A stretch of DNA of 64,000 nt from Scenedesmus sp. PABB004. Lineage: Eukaryota. A model generated the notes under the pieces. The model was not told the DNA's origin. It saw only the letters and a list, made by a program, of their open reading frames with translations, and did no database searches. The position numbers and the translations under genes are program-made. The DNA lies in assembly GCA_014905635.1 (NCBI GenBank), contig CM026548.1, positions 1,302,001-1,366,000 of the forward strand, in the 5' to 3' direction. Positions 27,516 through 39,150 of the stretch are shown here, in pieces. Position 1 is the first letter of the stretch, and each line of letters starts with the position of its first letter.

Positions 27516-30500
27516 TCAGCGCGGCGGCGGCGTCGCGACGCAGCCTGTGGTCGCGTTGTAGGGCTTTGTGATTGCCATCGGCTCCTCGATCACTGCCGAG
27601 CCCGCGTCGAGCGTGGCCTGCAGGATCTTCTCCCGCTTGTCCATGTCGCCGGCGCGGTTGGCCACGTCGAGGTTGCGCAGCTCGGTCGCGCCCTGGGCGC
27701 ACATGTTGTACGCCGTGTCGCCGAGGCTGCTGCAGAGGTTGATGGTGGGCTGGGCGGGGTAATAGTAGATCCACCAGCTGCGCGCGTGGGTGGGTGAGTG
27801 TGGGCGTGGGTGTGTGGGTGGTGTGGGTGGATGGGTGGGCGGTGCGGCGGCGTGGGCGCTCGCGCGCGCAGGCGGGCGCACGCGGGCGGGCGCACGCGCG
27901 CGCGGGCGGCGCGGCAGCGCGGCGGCGGCGGCGCTGCGGCGCTCACAAGCACATCTCCTCCTGCGTGGAGTAGCCCCAGGGCGTGACCGTGGTGCGGCTG
28001 GTCGAGTCAAACGTGCACACTAGGCTCAGCTCCTCGCCGGGGTGCAGCACCGCGCCGTCGTCTGGGATGTCAATCCAGGTCTGGAACTCTGCGGGGCGGC
28101 AGCGGGGAGGGAGAGAGGGAGAAGGGAAGGGCGGGGGTCGGAGGAGGGGCGGGGGTCAGAGGAGGGGCCACCAGCAGCGCAGGCGGGCGCGGGCGCAGGC
28201 ACGGGCGCGGGCGTCCCCTCTGCGGCCAGCCGCCACGCCCGCCGCGCCCGCCGCGGCGCACGCACTGTAGTCAAAGTGGCGCAGCGTCGCGATCGGCGGC
28301 TGCTCCACGCCGCCGCGCACGCGCCGCGTCGTCATGCTGCGCCCGAGGCCGTGCATGTGCAGCGCCTGGGCAATCATCGTCACTTTCTGGTCAAACCTGG
28401 TCAAAGCGACGGGGGGACAGGACCGTCGGGGCGGGGCGGCGGGGCGGCGGCGCGCCGTCGGCAGGGGGCGCGGGAGCGCGAGCGCGCGAGGGAGCGGAAC
28501 GGGGCGGCCCGCGCGCCGCCGGCAGCGTGGCGTGCGACGGCTGCGTGCGCATGCGCACGCGCGTGCGCGGCCGGCGCACCGGCCGGTGCAGCTGGAGGGG
28601 CAGGTCGCGCGCGCGGCGGAGAACGCGGGCTGCCCCGGCTGAATGTCCAGGAGGAACTGGGAGATGGTCAGGATGCCTGGTGCGGTCACACACACAGCCA
28701 GGGGCGGGGGCGGCGGCGGCGGCGGCAGGGGCGTGGTCAGCGCGGCGGCGGCACGGGCGCGCCGTGCGTCGCGGTCGCGCGGGGCGCGGGCGGCGGCGAG
28801 CGTGCGCGGCGGGGCGGCTGGCTCACCGATCTCGTGCGTCTCGGGGCGCGCCTCCTCAAAGTACACGCGCAGACCTGGCAGCCGGCGGCGGCGACGGCGG
28901 CGGCGCTCAGCGAGCCGTGCCGCGCGGCGCGGCGCGGCGCGGAGCAGAACCGCGCGGGGGCCGCACCCGTGCCGGGGTCGGACTCGCCCGTCTTGAACTG
29001 CGGGTTGTTGTAGTGGACCTCGATGGCAAAGTACTTGGTGCCGTCCTTGCCAAAGGGCAGCCCCGTGCCCGCCGGGAAGGCGTACGTCGGCGCGGTGGGC
29101 GAGGGCCCGATCTGGCGGCGGCGCGGCGCGGCGCGGCGGCGGCGGCGCGGCGCGGTCGTTCGCACGCGTGCGGGGCGCGGGCGGGGGCGGGGCGCGGGCG
29201 CGGGCGCGGGCGCGCTGCCTGGGCTCTGCGCACGCCGCGCACGCACCATGTAGAAGGTGTCGCAGACCTGGCGGTCGTCCTTCTGGTTGTACGGCCCCGG
29301 CCCGCGCGTGCAGAGCAGGTCCTCGACCGCGGGCTGCGAGCTGCTCGGCAGGCAGGCGTAGACGAGCGAGTGGTGCACCAGGCCCAGGTTGCCGTAGATG
29401 GTCGTGTAACTGGTGATGTGGTACCGCCTGGGGAGGGCGCAGCGGGGCGCAGCGGGGCGCAGGCAGGGTTTACAGGCTCAGCGCCCGGAGCGGCGGCGCG
29501 TGGCGTGCGAGTTTGCGGCCGGCGAGCGCGCAGCGCAGCGCGGCGCGGCACAGCACGCAGCACGCAGCGCGCGGCGCGCACTTGTCGCTGGGCAGCTCGA
29601 CGTAGCAGGTCATGTAGGTCGTGTCGGTGTCGCTGGGGATGTCCGGGACCTTGCAGAGGATCTCAGTCACGTACTTGCCGTCGCCGAGGCTCTTGACCCG
29701 GCGCGGCAGCGCGCTCGGGACGTCGTCGCACGCCGCGGGCGCCGCGGCCGCGGACGCGGGCCCCGCGCCGCCGCCGCCGCCGCCGCCCGACGGCGGCGCG
29801 TCGTTGGCCTTCACGCCCGCGTTGTACCCCGCCTCGAGCTGCACGCCGAGCTGCTCCGAGATGGCGCTCAGCGGCGGCGGCGCCGCCGCCGCCGCCGCCG
29901 CGGCCGCCGCGGGCTCATCATCGGCCGCCGCGGCGCCGCGCGTGGCTGTGGTGGCGTTGAGGACGTTGAGCATCTGGATGTAGAAGCTGCCGCGGGCGTT
30001 GTTGTGGTATGCGATCCAGTCGCCCAGGGCGGGGCCGTTGGCCCAGATGACAAAGTTTCCCATGCCGCGGCGGATCTCGTGGTCAGAGTCAAAGTCGCAG
30101 GTCTTGATGCGCCGCGAGAGCACCGCCGTGAACGCCGCGCCGCGCAGCGCCGCCGAGTGCAGGACCCAGTCCTGGCTCGCGTCGGGTGAGGGCATGAAGA
30201 AGCCCGCCGCGCTCGCGTCGGTCACGACCCACTTGCTGCCCTTGCGGTGCAGCACCGCCATGTCGGCGCCTGCGCGGCGGCGCGCGCTGCTGGTCGGCCG
30301 GGCGCCGCCACCGCGGCGTGCCGCTCCCGCCCGCCCCGCGCTGCTGCCGCTGTCACGCCGCCCCGGCTGTTGCCGCCGCTGGCGTGCGCCGCTGGTGCGC
30401 GCCGCTGGCCGGCCAGGCGCCGCGCCGCTCCCGTCCTTGAAGCGCTGCTGCCGCTGTCACGCCGCCGCCGCCGCCGCCGCCGCTGCTGCACCGCTGGCCG

Positions 30501-31143
30501 GCCGGCCGGGCGCCGCCCCGCCGCGGCCGCGCACCAGTCATGCCGCCCATGTCTGACAGCCCGACCGCAAACCAGCCGCGCGCCGCGGCGTCGGGCTCGC
30601 GGTTGCTGAGCCGCAGCGTGATGTAGTCGCCGTTGTCCTGCCACTGCACCGCGGCCTTGCCCTTCTTGAGCACCTGCGGGCGTGGAGGCGCGGCGCGGCG
30701 CGTCGGAGGGCAGCGGCGGGCAGCGGCGGCGGGCAGCGGCGCCTGGTGCCGCCGGGCCGGGTCGGTCCCTCGCGGCTTGCCCGGCCATGGGCCGCGCCCA
30801 GCGGCACCCGGAGCGGTCGCGCGGGGGCGGCACGGGCCCGTGGCGCCCGGGGCGGGCGGCGCTGCGCCAGCGGTCGGGTACCGACGTTCTCCCCGCACGG
30901 CCCCCCGTTCGGCCGCCCGCCCGGGCCGGAGGCGGCGACGCAGCCCCGAGATCCCAAACCGAGGGCGTGCGGGCCCCGACGCCGCACCTGGCAGCCGTCG
31001 AAGGCCTTGCCCTTGAAGCGGGCCGCGCTGAGCGCGCCGCAGTTCATGGCTGCCGCCACGGGCGCCAGCAGGGCCAGCAGCAGCACCGCGGCCGCAGCCT
31101 GGCCGCGCCGCAGCCCCCGCGGAAGGGGCGTCGAGGCTGGCAT
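27516..31143 (-). CDS. DOMON + copper type II ascorbate-dependent monooxygenase (MOXD1/DBH-like)
   Basis: Signal peptide; DOMON (GWFAVGLSDMGGMTG|ADMAV); Cu ligands VHHSL, EVHYNNP, LHMHGLG and QEEMC; HFDY..FQ; C-terminal WIYYYP. Confidence 0.88.
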
Positions 31144-31449
31144 CGCCGCCGAGTCCAGGCGCGGCGTGGGGCGCGGGGCAGCCGGGGCCGTGTCTCCGCG
31201 GCGCGCTGAGCCTGGGTGCAACGAGGCGCGCGCGCTGGTGCGGCGGCGGCAGCGGCGGCGGCGGGGCGTGGGGCACGGGGCTTTACCTGTGGCACCGCCC
31301 AGGATGCCGCCGCCTGCCAGCCAGACGGCCGAGCCATTCGTCCGTCGCCACCGCATCCGCCGCGGTCGCCGCCGCTGCCGCCGCGCTGACGGCGGCAGCG
31401 GCCCTCACAGGCCAGCTGCCGCCGCCTCGCAGCCGTGGCGCGCTGCGCT

Positions 31450-32068
31450 GCGGCGCACGGCAGCGTCGCGGTAGCTGAAGGCCAAGGTCACGTCCGGCTA
31501 CCGGACGCGGCCGTGCGCCGCGCCGCCACGCCCGCCACGCGCCCAGCACGCCCGCCGCGCGCGGCTCGGCCGCCCACACCTGGCCCTGCGGCAGTCGGTC
31601 CTCATGCGCGCCCCGTGCGCTGGAGGCTCTGGGGCGCGGACGAGGACCGACTGCAGCTTCGGCGCGCTGGGCGCCCAGGTGACTGGCGCGCTGCGCTGGC
31701 CGCGGCGCGCCTCGCGGCCACCTCGGCGGCGGCGGCGGCGGCGGCGGCGTCGGTGGCAGCCGTCTTGATGTGCCACACCTCCGGCCTGTGCGCCTGAGGC
31801 CTGGAACACCAACACGGCTACCGCCGACACCAGCGACGCGGCACACGGCCGCGCCGCGGTAGCTGGAGAAGGCGCCTCAAAGGTTGGCGCCGCCCATCAG
31901 CTACCGCAACGCGGCCGTGCGCCACGGCGCCACGCCCGCCGCGCACCCGGCACGCCCGCCGCGCGCGGCTCGGCCGCCGGCCTGGCCGGCCTGCGCGGCG
32001 CGCGTGAGGACCGACTGCCGCTTCGGCGCGCAGGGCGCCCGCGTGCCCTGCCTGCTGCGCCTGACTGG
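31450..32068. repeat. Degenerate ~230-bp direct repeat pair (~31450-31686 and ~31838-32068) upstream of the monooxygenase
   Basis: Shared colinear blocks: cgcggtagctg, acgcggccgtgcgcc, gcacgcccgccgcgcgcggctcggccgcc, gaggaccgactgc.gcttcggcgcgc, tgactgg. Confidence 0.75.
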
Positions 32069-32131
32069 ACCGGGGCTGCGACGCCCTGCCACCCGCCCCG
32101 CACGCCGCCGCCACACCCAGACAGCACAGAG

Positions 32132-35100
32132 CTAGTCGTCCGCCTCCGCCGCGTCGCCGCCCCGGTCGGCGCCGCGCCCCGCCGGCAGCGCCGGCGACCA
32201 GCAGCGCCCGCCCGCCGCCGCCGCGACGGAGCCGAGGCTGTTGCGCCGCGAGTAGGGGCAGGCCTGCCCCGACAAGCTGCTGACGTCCTTGAAGCTGGCC
32301 AGCAGCATGCCCGGCGGCAGCAGCGCCTCAAAGCGCTCGAGCGCGGCGTCGAGCCGGTCCGCCTGCTTCGACTCGAGCGTCACCAGCAGCCGCGCACCGT
32401 CGCGCTGCCCGCTCACCTGCGCGCGCGCACGAGCGCGGCGCGTAAGCGCGGCGCGTCAGCCCGGCGGCTGAGCGGCGGCCGGGCGGCGCGCGCGGGCTGT
32501 GGGGGGCGGCGCGCGGCGGCGCAGCGGCGCGCACCGGGTAGCTCCCGATCGCCAGCTCGCCGCCCCACTCAGCGGCGAGCGTGTCCAGCAGTGGCGCGAC
32601 GGTCGCCTCGTCCTCAGCGGCCAGCCGCGCCACCCTGCGCGCGGCGCGACGGCGGCGCGCGGCGCTCGCGCGGGGGCTGCGCGCGGGCGGCCCGGCCGGC
32701 CCGGCCCTCGGGGCGCCCACGCGCGGGGCGCGCCGCAGCGCTGCCCGGCGGCTGCTGCCGCACCGGTTGCTGAAAGGCGCGAGCTGCACCGCGGCCTGCA
32801 GCTCCGCCGCGACGGCCGCCCACTTCTGGCGCAGCAGGTGCGGGACGCCTGCGGCACGAGCGCGGCGGCCACCTCGGCCGCCGGCGCGCGCGCGTGCGGC
32901 GCGGGCGGGGGCGCGGCGGGCCGCCCCCCGCACGGCGCGGCGGGCCGCCCCCCGTGCTGCGTGGCGCGCGCCTGGCAGCACAAACACGTTGCGCACGGCG
33001 ACGAGCGGGAAGGGCCCCGGCGCGCCGCCGTCGCCGGGCAGGGGTATGAGGCGCGTCGTGTCGTCGCCGGGCGCGTCGGCCATCTTGAGGTGCGCCGGCG
33101 TGGCGTCGTCCCCAAAGTAGCGCAGCAGGCCCTCCTCCAGGTCGGGGTGCCTAAAAGAGGGAGGGGGCGGTGTAGAGGGGCGGGGTTTAAGGGCGGGGCG
33201 CGTGTTTGCTCGTCCGTCCGCGCGTCGCTGCCGCGGGCAGCTGTGCCCAGCGCGCGTGCGCCCGCCGCCACGCCGCGCGGCGGGGCCGCGGCGCAGCGGA
33301 AGCGGGGCGCACCGCACGACGTCGACGCCAAACGCCGCGGCGATGCCCTCCATGGTCACGTCGTCGAGCGTCGGCCCGACGCCGCCGCTCGTCACGACCG
33401 CGGCGCAGGCGGCCGAGAGCGTCGCGACCTCGCTCGCGATCGCGGCGACGTCGTCGGGCACGAACGACACCTGGCGTTGGCCGGGGCGGGGGTGGACGGG
33501 GCGGGGGATGGACGGACACCGGGCGCGTTGGGCGCGGGGGGGGGGGGGGGTGTTGGGCGCGCGTTCGGCCGCCGCCGCGCCGCCCTGCCCGCGCGGCCGC
33601 CGACCTTGCGCACGGTCCAGCCGATCTCGTGCAGCCGGCGGCAGAGGAAGGGCGTGTTCTCGTCCTCCACCTGCGCCACGGGGCGGCGCGGCGGCGGGGC
33701 GGCGGGCGCTCGCCGCGCTCGAGCGCTCCGCCCAGGCAAGGTCCCGGCCCGTGAACCCCAAACCTTGAACCCTGAACCCTGACTCCCCGCCACCTAAACC
33801 CTGAGCCCTAAAGCCCTGGGCCCACCTTGCCGCTGAGCATCTCGTCCCCGACCACCACGATGCCGGCGACCCAGCTCATGCTGCTCGCCACGCCCGCGGC
33901 GCCGCCCGACGGCAGGCTGTCGCTGCGCCGCTGCGCGGACGCGGCGCGGCGGACGCGGCGGCGGACGCGGCGGCGTCGGCGGCGCGCCCGTCGGCGCGGC
34001 CGCGCCGGAGGGAGGCAAGACAGCAGGCCGAAGCGGCAGCGCGCGCGCGCGCCTGCTTGGTCGCGCGGCCCGCGCGCTCGAGCCGGCCGTCCGCCAGAAT
34101 GTAGGCGGGCGCGTAGCTGCCGTCGCTGCGCTTCAGCGCGCTGCGGTGCGAGGCGCGGGCCGTGCGCCCGCGGCAGGCGCGGGCCGCGTCGGCGCGGCGC
34201 GCCCGCGGCGCGCTGGCCGTCAAGCCGTGCGCCGGCCGCGCGTGCCGCGCCGCGCGGCGCGCCTGTTTGGCAGCGTGTTGTTCACGCCGCCGAGGCTCGT
34301 GTAGCCGTCGTCGTACAGGCCGCAGTAGGGCACGCCCGCGGCGCGCAGGAAGCCCCACACGTCTGGCGCGCGGCGCGGCGGCGGGGCCGGTGCGCAGTGG
34401 GTGCATGGGCGGCGCCGCGCCGTGTGCCGCCGGGCGCGGGCGCCGCCGCGCGCTCCCTCCCTGCCCCCCTGCGTCCCTGTGTCCCCCGGGGCCCCCTCTG
34501 CCCCGCCCTCTGTCCCCACCGGCGTAGCTCCAGTCGAGTATGGGGTTGATGCGCATGAAGGGCGGCCAGCCCGCGCTCGAGGGGCAAAAGTACTCCTGGC
34601 CGTCCGCGTTGGGGTCGCCCCTGCGCCCGCGGCGGCGGCGCCGGCGCGCGACGGCGGCGCGTGGCGCGGCGCGGCGTGCGGCGTCGCCGACCTCGCACAC
34701 GCACACGCGCACGCACTCGCACAGCACACACAGCACACACAGCACACACAAGACACACACACACAGCATGCACAGCGCGCGCCTGCGCGTGCCGAGCACG
34801 ATCGCCGCCGCGTGGGCCGCTGACAGGTACTCCTCAAGCCCAGCCTTGAAGTCCGGGTGCGTGAGGAACTGCGTGCGCAGCCCGTAGCTGCGCGCCGGCG
34901 GCGGCGGCGGCGGCGGCGGCAGTGGTGGGATCGGGGGCGAGCGCGGCGCGCCGCCGGCGGCGGCGGCGAGCGCGGCGGCGCTGGCGTGCGGCGGCCAGCC
35001 TCACGTCGCGTCGGTCTGGCGCACAAAGTCTATGACCTCGGGGAAGTCGTCCGCCCGCTCAAAGTAAAACGCGGCCAGGCCGCCCAGCCCTGCGCGGACA

Positions 35101-35718
35101 AGGGGTGGGGTCGGCGTGCGGCGGGCGGCACACGCGGCGCGCGGGGCTCGCGCGCGGCGCGCGCGCTCGCCGTCGGGCGGCGGCCGGCCGTCGCGCTGCT
35201 CCTGCTCCCGCTCCTGCTGCGGCTGCGGCGCGCCCTGCTCAAACGTCACGCGCGGCGCCTGCTTCGGCTGCGCCTGCAGCTCGGGCTGGCCCAGCAGCCG
35301 GCTCCCGCTGCCGCTGCTCGCGCGCGGCGGCGGGCTGGCCGCGAGCGGCGAGAGGTCCAGGTCGGGCCGCAGCGCCACGCGCATGAGGTGCAGCAGCACC
35401 GTGGAGTCCTTGCCGCCGTTGAAGCTCAGCGAGATGCTGCCGTGCCTGGCGGCGGTTGCGGCGGTTGCAGCGGCGGCAAGACAGCGCGCGCGCGGCCCAC
35501 GCGCGCCGCTGCAGCAGCGCCAGGCGAGGCCCTGGTGCGCTCCCTGACATCAGCGTGGCAGCCCAGTCCCGCCCGGCTGGGCGGGCGCCGACTGCGCACC
35601 GGTAGAGCTCCAGAGTGCGGTGCAGCATGTGCAGCGCCTTGTGCACCTTGCCGCGCAGCACCGGGTCGTCGATGCCGCGTATGCCGGCGGCCACCGCCTC
35701 CACGCTGACATACTTCAT
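32132..35718 (-). CDS. Bifunctional FAD synthetase (PAPS-reductase-like FMN adenylyltransferase + molybdopterin-binding/CinA-like domain), plant-type order
   Basis: [110 protein letters not shown]. Confidence 0.92.
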
Positions 35719-35792
35719 GCCAACGGGCAGCTGCCGCGCCCGCGCGGGGCCCGGCCTGGTCACGGCGCCGGCGGCAGCAGCGAAAGCAGCAG

Positions 35793-36172
35793 CGGCGCTG
35801 CCGCGGCGCCTGAGGGCGCTGGGCCGGCGCGCCGGCTGCCTGGGTGGGTCTGCGGTGTCGCAGGGCTCACACGGGGGCCACGGGGCGATGCGCTGGATCG
35901 CGGTGAGCGGCGCAGCAGCGGCGGGCTCGGCGGCGCGCTCCCGCGGCTGCGTGCTGCGGCTGCCGTCCGGGCCTGCAGGCGGTGTGTGTGTGCGTGTGGA
36001 GGGGAGGCCCACGGGCGGCCGGGTGGAGGCTGTGCGCCGCCGGGCGCCGCGTGAACCGCGGGCCCCGCGCCCGCCCGCCTGCCGCGCACGCCCGAGCAGC
36101 AGCAAGCCGAGCGCGGCGGCGGTGCGGCGGTGGGAGCGGCGGCGGCCAGCGCAGCGGCAGAGGGGCGTTGCA
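35793..36172 (-). repeat. ~400-bp direct repeat, 3' flank of LRR cassette copy 2; directly upstream of FAD synthetase
   Basis: Reverse complement matches 1351-1735 and 3979-4381. Confidence 0.9.
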
Positions 36173-36457
36173 GCAGGCGCGCGCGCCGCCGGCACCCGCC
36201 GCAGCCCGCGACCAGCCGGCCAGCGCGCGCCCGCCGCCCTCGCACGGGCGCGCAGCACGCAAGCCGCCGCCGCCGCGCCCGACTCAACTCAACTCGCCGC
36301 CGCAGCCCAAACACGTGCCTCGTGCAGCCATCCAACCGAGCGCCGAGCTGCCGCAGCCGCCTGGCGGCAGCGCCACCACCAGCCGGGCCAAAGCCACCGG
36401 CCCGCAGCTGCAGTGCTGGCCCGGCAGCGCACTCCGGCCAGCGGCAGCTGGCAGGGG

Positions 36458-38476
36458 TCAATACACCACCACGCTGCACCCAATGCGCACCGCCTCGCAC
36501 ACCGCGTTGAGCTTCGCCTCTGAGGGCTCGTACACCTCCAGCTCCCTGAGCCGCACCAGGGCGCTCAGGCAGTGCGCGTTGGCCAGCGTGACCGCCGACC
36601 CCGGGAGGGCCAGGCACGTGAGCTGCGTCAGCCGCTCGCACAGCACCGGCAGGGCGGCGCCGGTCAGCGCGCTGTCACCGTCGTGGACATCCAGGACCAT
36701 CAGGCCGGGCAGGCGGTGCGCCAGAGCACACAGCGCGGCGTCGTCGATGCGGCAGTGCATAAATAAAAGACTAGTGAGCGCGGGCGGCGCAAGCGCCTCG
36801 GCGGCCGCCACGTCAAACACGCCAGGGTTCCAGGAGAGCGCAAAGCGGCACAGGCTGGGCAGCCGCGACAGCGCCGCCGTCACAGGCGCCAGCGACGCCG
36901 CCGGCTGGGGCGCGCCGCCCGCAGCGAGGGGCGGCGGCGCGAGGTGGATGCCGAGCAATTCAAACTGACGCAGCGCCGTCAGCTGGCCGAGCACTGCGCC
37001 CAGCTCGGCCGTGCTCGGCAGCCCTCCCTCCACTGCAGTGCCCAGGAGCTCGAGCCTGGTGAGGCCGCGCAGCTGCGACAGGTGCGGCAGCATGGGACGC
37101 GCCAGCTGGACGCCGCGCAGGCACGCCAGCGGCAGCAGCGGCCACACCGGTGCCACCGCGAGCAGTGCCTCGTCGGTGCCCACAAGCTCATCGCGTGAGT
37201 TGCCCCGCCCGTACTCTAGCTCCAAGCTGCTGAGGCGCGCCAGGGCCGTGAGCCGGCCCAGCTCGTGCGCGGGCACCCGGCGGGCGTGCGGCAGGCGCAG
37301 CTCGCGCAGCCGGGTGAGCGCCAGCAGGGGCTCTGTGTTGTTGACACACTTCACGTCCAGCTCCTCCAGGTTGGGCGGCAGCGCGTCGCCCACGCCAGCG
37401 ATGTAGGTGAGTCCGGTCAGCGCCGTGAGGTGGCGCAGGTCGACCGCGGTGTCGGAGGGCCCGTAACCAGCGCCATCGTACGAACGCAGCTCCACCAGGC
37501 TCGCCGGCAGGGCGCCCAGGCCGTCCTGGGTGTTGACAACCAGCCGCGTCAGCTGCCTGAGGCCCGCCAGCGCCGGCAGCAGCCGGCGCACTTCCTTGCC
37601 GTAGGTGTCGTAGGTGTCGTCGGTGTCGTCGGTGTAGTCATCGAGCGCCAGCGAGCGCAGGGCCGTCAGGCGTGAGAGCGCCGCCGCCAGCCGCCGCAGG
37701 TGCGAGGCGCCGGTGCCCTTGCGCACCCCAAGCCCCAGGAACGTGAGGCGGCTGGCGGGCAGCTCCTGCAGCAGCGCCGCCGCAGGGCCCGCATGGCCAC
37801 CTGACCTGAACTCCAGCAGCTGCAGGGGCCGCGCCGCAGCCGCCGTGCGCAGCGCGGCTGCCACAGCCGCCGCGTCCGCGTTCCGGACGGCCAGCGCGGC
37901 GAGGATGTGCGCGTGACGCGGCAGCCAGCAGTCCACAAACGGCTCTGCCTCGGGCTCAGCGCTCTCGAACTCAACGCACCCAATGCGCAGGCCCCAGCAC
38001 TGCGTGTCCACTGTGCGCGAGGCGGCGGCGGAGACGTCAGCGGCGGGGACGTCAGCGGCAGCTGAGGGCGTGCTTTGCGAGCCAAGTGCGGCGAGGCAGC
38101 GCCCCGAGCCGGCAGCTGCCACGCGCCACGCGCCGCCGCGCGCCGCCGCGCCCGCTGGCGCCGCAGCCCGCACCCGCGGCGCGCGTGGCGCGGCTGGTCG
38201 CGAGCAGCTTGGCCACCACGCCCAGGTCTTCGCACACCGCCGGGTGCGCCAGCAGCAGCGGCCAGGCGTCGTGCAGGGTCGCGGCCGCAGCCTCCGCCGC
38301 GCCTGGCGGGCGGCGCAGCAGCGGGCGGCGTGCGGCGCGCGCCGGGCGTGGGCCTGCGGGGGCGGCCTGCCTGCCGCGGGGGGCCACCGCCCCAGGCGGC
38401 CTGACACCGCCACGCACGCCCCTCCCAGCCACGCACCCTGGGCGGCCTCGCGCTGCGCGGCGTGCCGGGTGCGCAT
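36458..38476 (-). CDS. F-box-like/LRR protein, copy 2 (3 exons, apparently intact)
   Basis: MRTRHAAQREAAQG|...TLHDAWPLLLAHPAVCEDLGVVAKLLATSRATRAA|VDTQCWGL...LRELEVYEPSEAKLNAVCEAVRIGCSVVVY*; same exon structure as copy 1. Confidence 0.8.
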   Translation of the reverse strand: MRTRHAAQREAAQGAWLGGACVAVSGRLGRWPPAAGRPPPQAHARRAPHAARCCAARQARRRLRPRPCTTPGRCCWRTRRCAKTWAWWPSCSRPAAPRAPRVRAAAPAGAAARGGAWRVAAAGSGRCLAALGSQSTPSAAADVPAADVSAAASRTVDTQCWGLRIGCVEFESAEPEAEPFVDCWLPRHAHILAALAVRNADAAAVAAALRTAAAARPLQLLEFRSGGHAGPAAALLQELPASRLTFLGLGVRKGTGASHLRRLAAALSRLTALRSLALDDYTDDTDDTYDTYGKEVRRLLPALAGLRQLTRLVVNTQDGLGALPASLVELRSYDGAGYGPSDTAVDLRHLTALTGLTYIAGVGDALPPNLEELDVKCVNNTEPLLALTRLRELRLPHARRVPAHELGRLTALARLSSLELEYGRGNSRDELVGTDEALLAVAPVWPLLPLACLRGVQLARPMLPHLSQLRGLTRLELLGTAVEGGLPSTAELGAVLGQLTALRQFELLGIHLAPPPLAAGGAPQPAASLAPVTAALSRLPSLCRFALSWNPGVFDVAAAEALAPPALTSLLFMHCRIDDAALCALAHRLPGLMVLDVHDGDSALTGAALPVLCERLTQLTCLALPGSAVTLANAHCLSALVRLRELEVYEPSEAKLNAVCEAVRIGCSVVVY

Positions 38477-38479
38477 GGC

Positions 38480-38868
38480 GCGCGGGCGCTGCTGTCGGCG
38501 CTGCCGCGGCGCCTGAGGGCGGTGGGCCGGCGCGACGGCTGCCTGGGCGGGTCTGCGGTGTCTCAGGGCCCACACGGGGGCCACGGGGCGATGCGCGCAG
38601 GATCGCGGTGAACGGCGCAGCAGCGGCGGCGGGCTCGGGCGCGCTCGCGCGGCTGCGTGCTGCGACTGCCGTCCGGGCCTGCAGGCGGTGTGCGTGCGTG
38701 GCAGGGGAGGCCCACGGGGCGGCCGGGTGGCTGTGCGCGCCGCCGCCGGCCGCAGCGTGAACCGCGGGGGGCCCTCGCCCGCCTGCCGCGCGCCGGTGCA
38801 GCAGCGAGCCGAGCGCGCGGCGGCGGCTGCTGCACGGTGGCGACGGCGGCGGCCGGTGCAGCAGCAGA
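38480..38868 (-). repeat. ~400-bp direct repeat, 5' flank of LRR cassette copy 2
   Basis: Reverse complement matches the other flank copies. Confidence 0.88.
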
Positions 38869-39150
38869 CGAGACGAGTGCGCCCCTTGCTGCTTGGCCAG
38901 GTCAAGTTACTGCGCTCAATCAAGTGCTCGTCGGGACCGACGTCAGAGCTGCGCGGTTGGCACGCTATGCGGCGGCGGGGTGCCGCGTGCCAAGCCTCGT
39001 GTCGTGTGATCAAAATTGCGCCACTCACTGCGTGTGCGTGGCAAGCAACGATGTGCGCCGTGCACTGCGGCACGCGCGGCATGCGTGCGTCAAGGTGAGG
39101 GAAGCTCAGAGCTAAGCGCTCGGCCGCGGGTTCGTCGTGCAAGGAAACAA

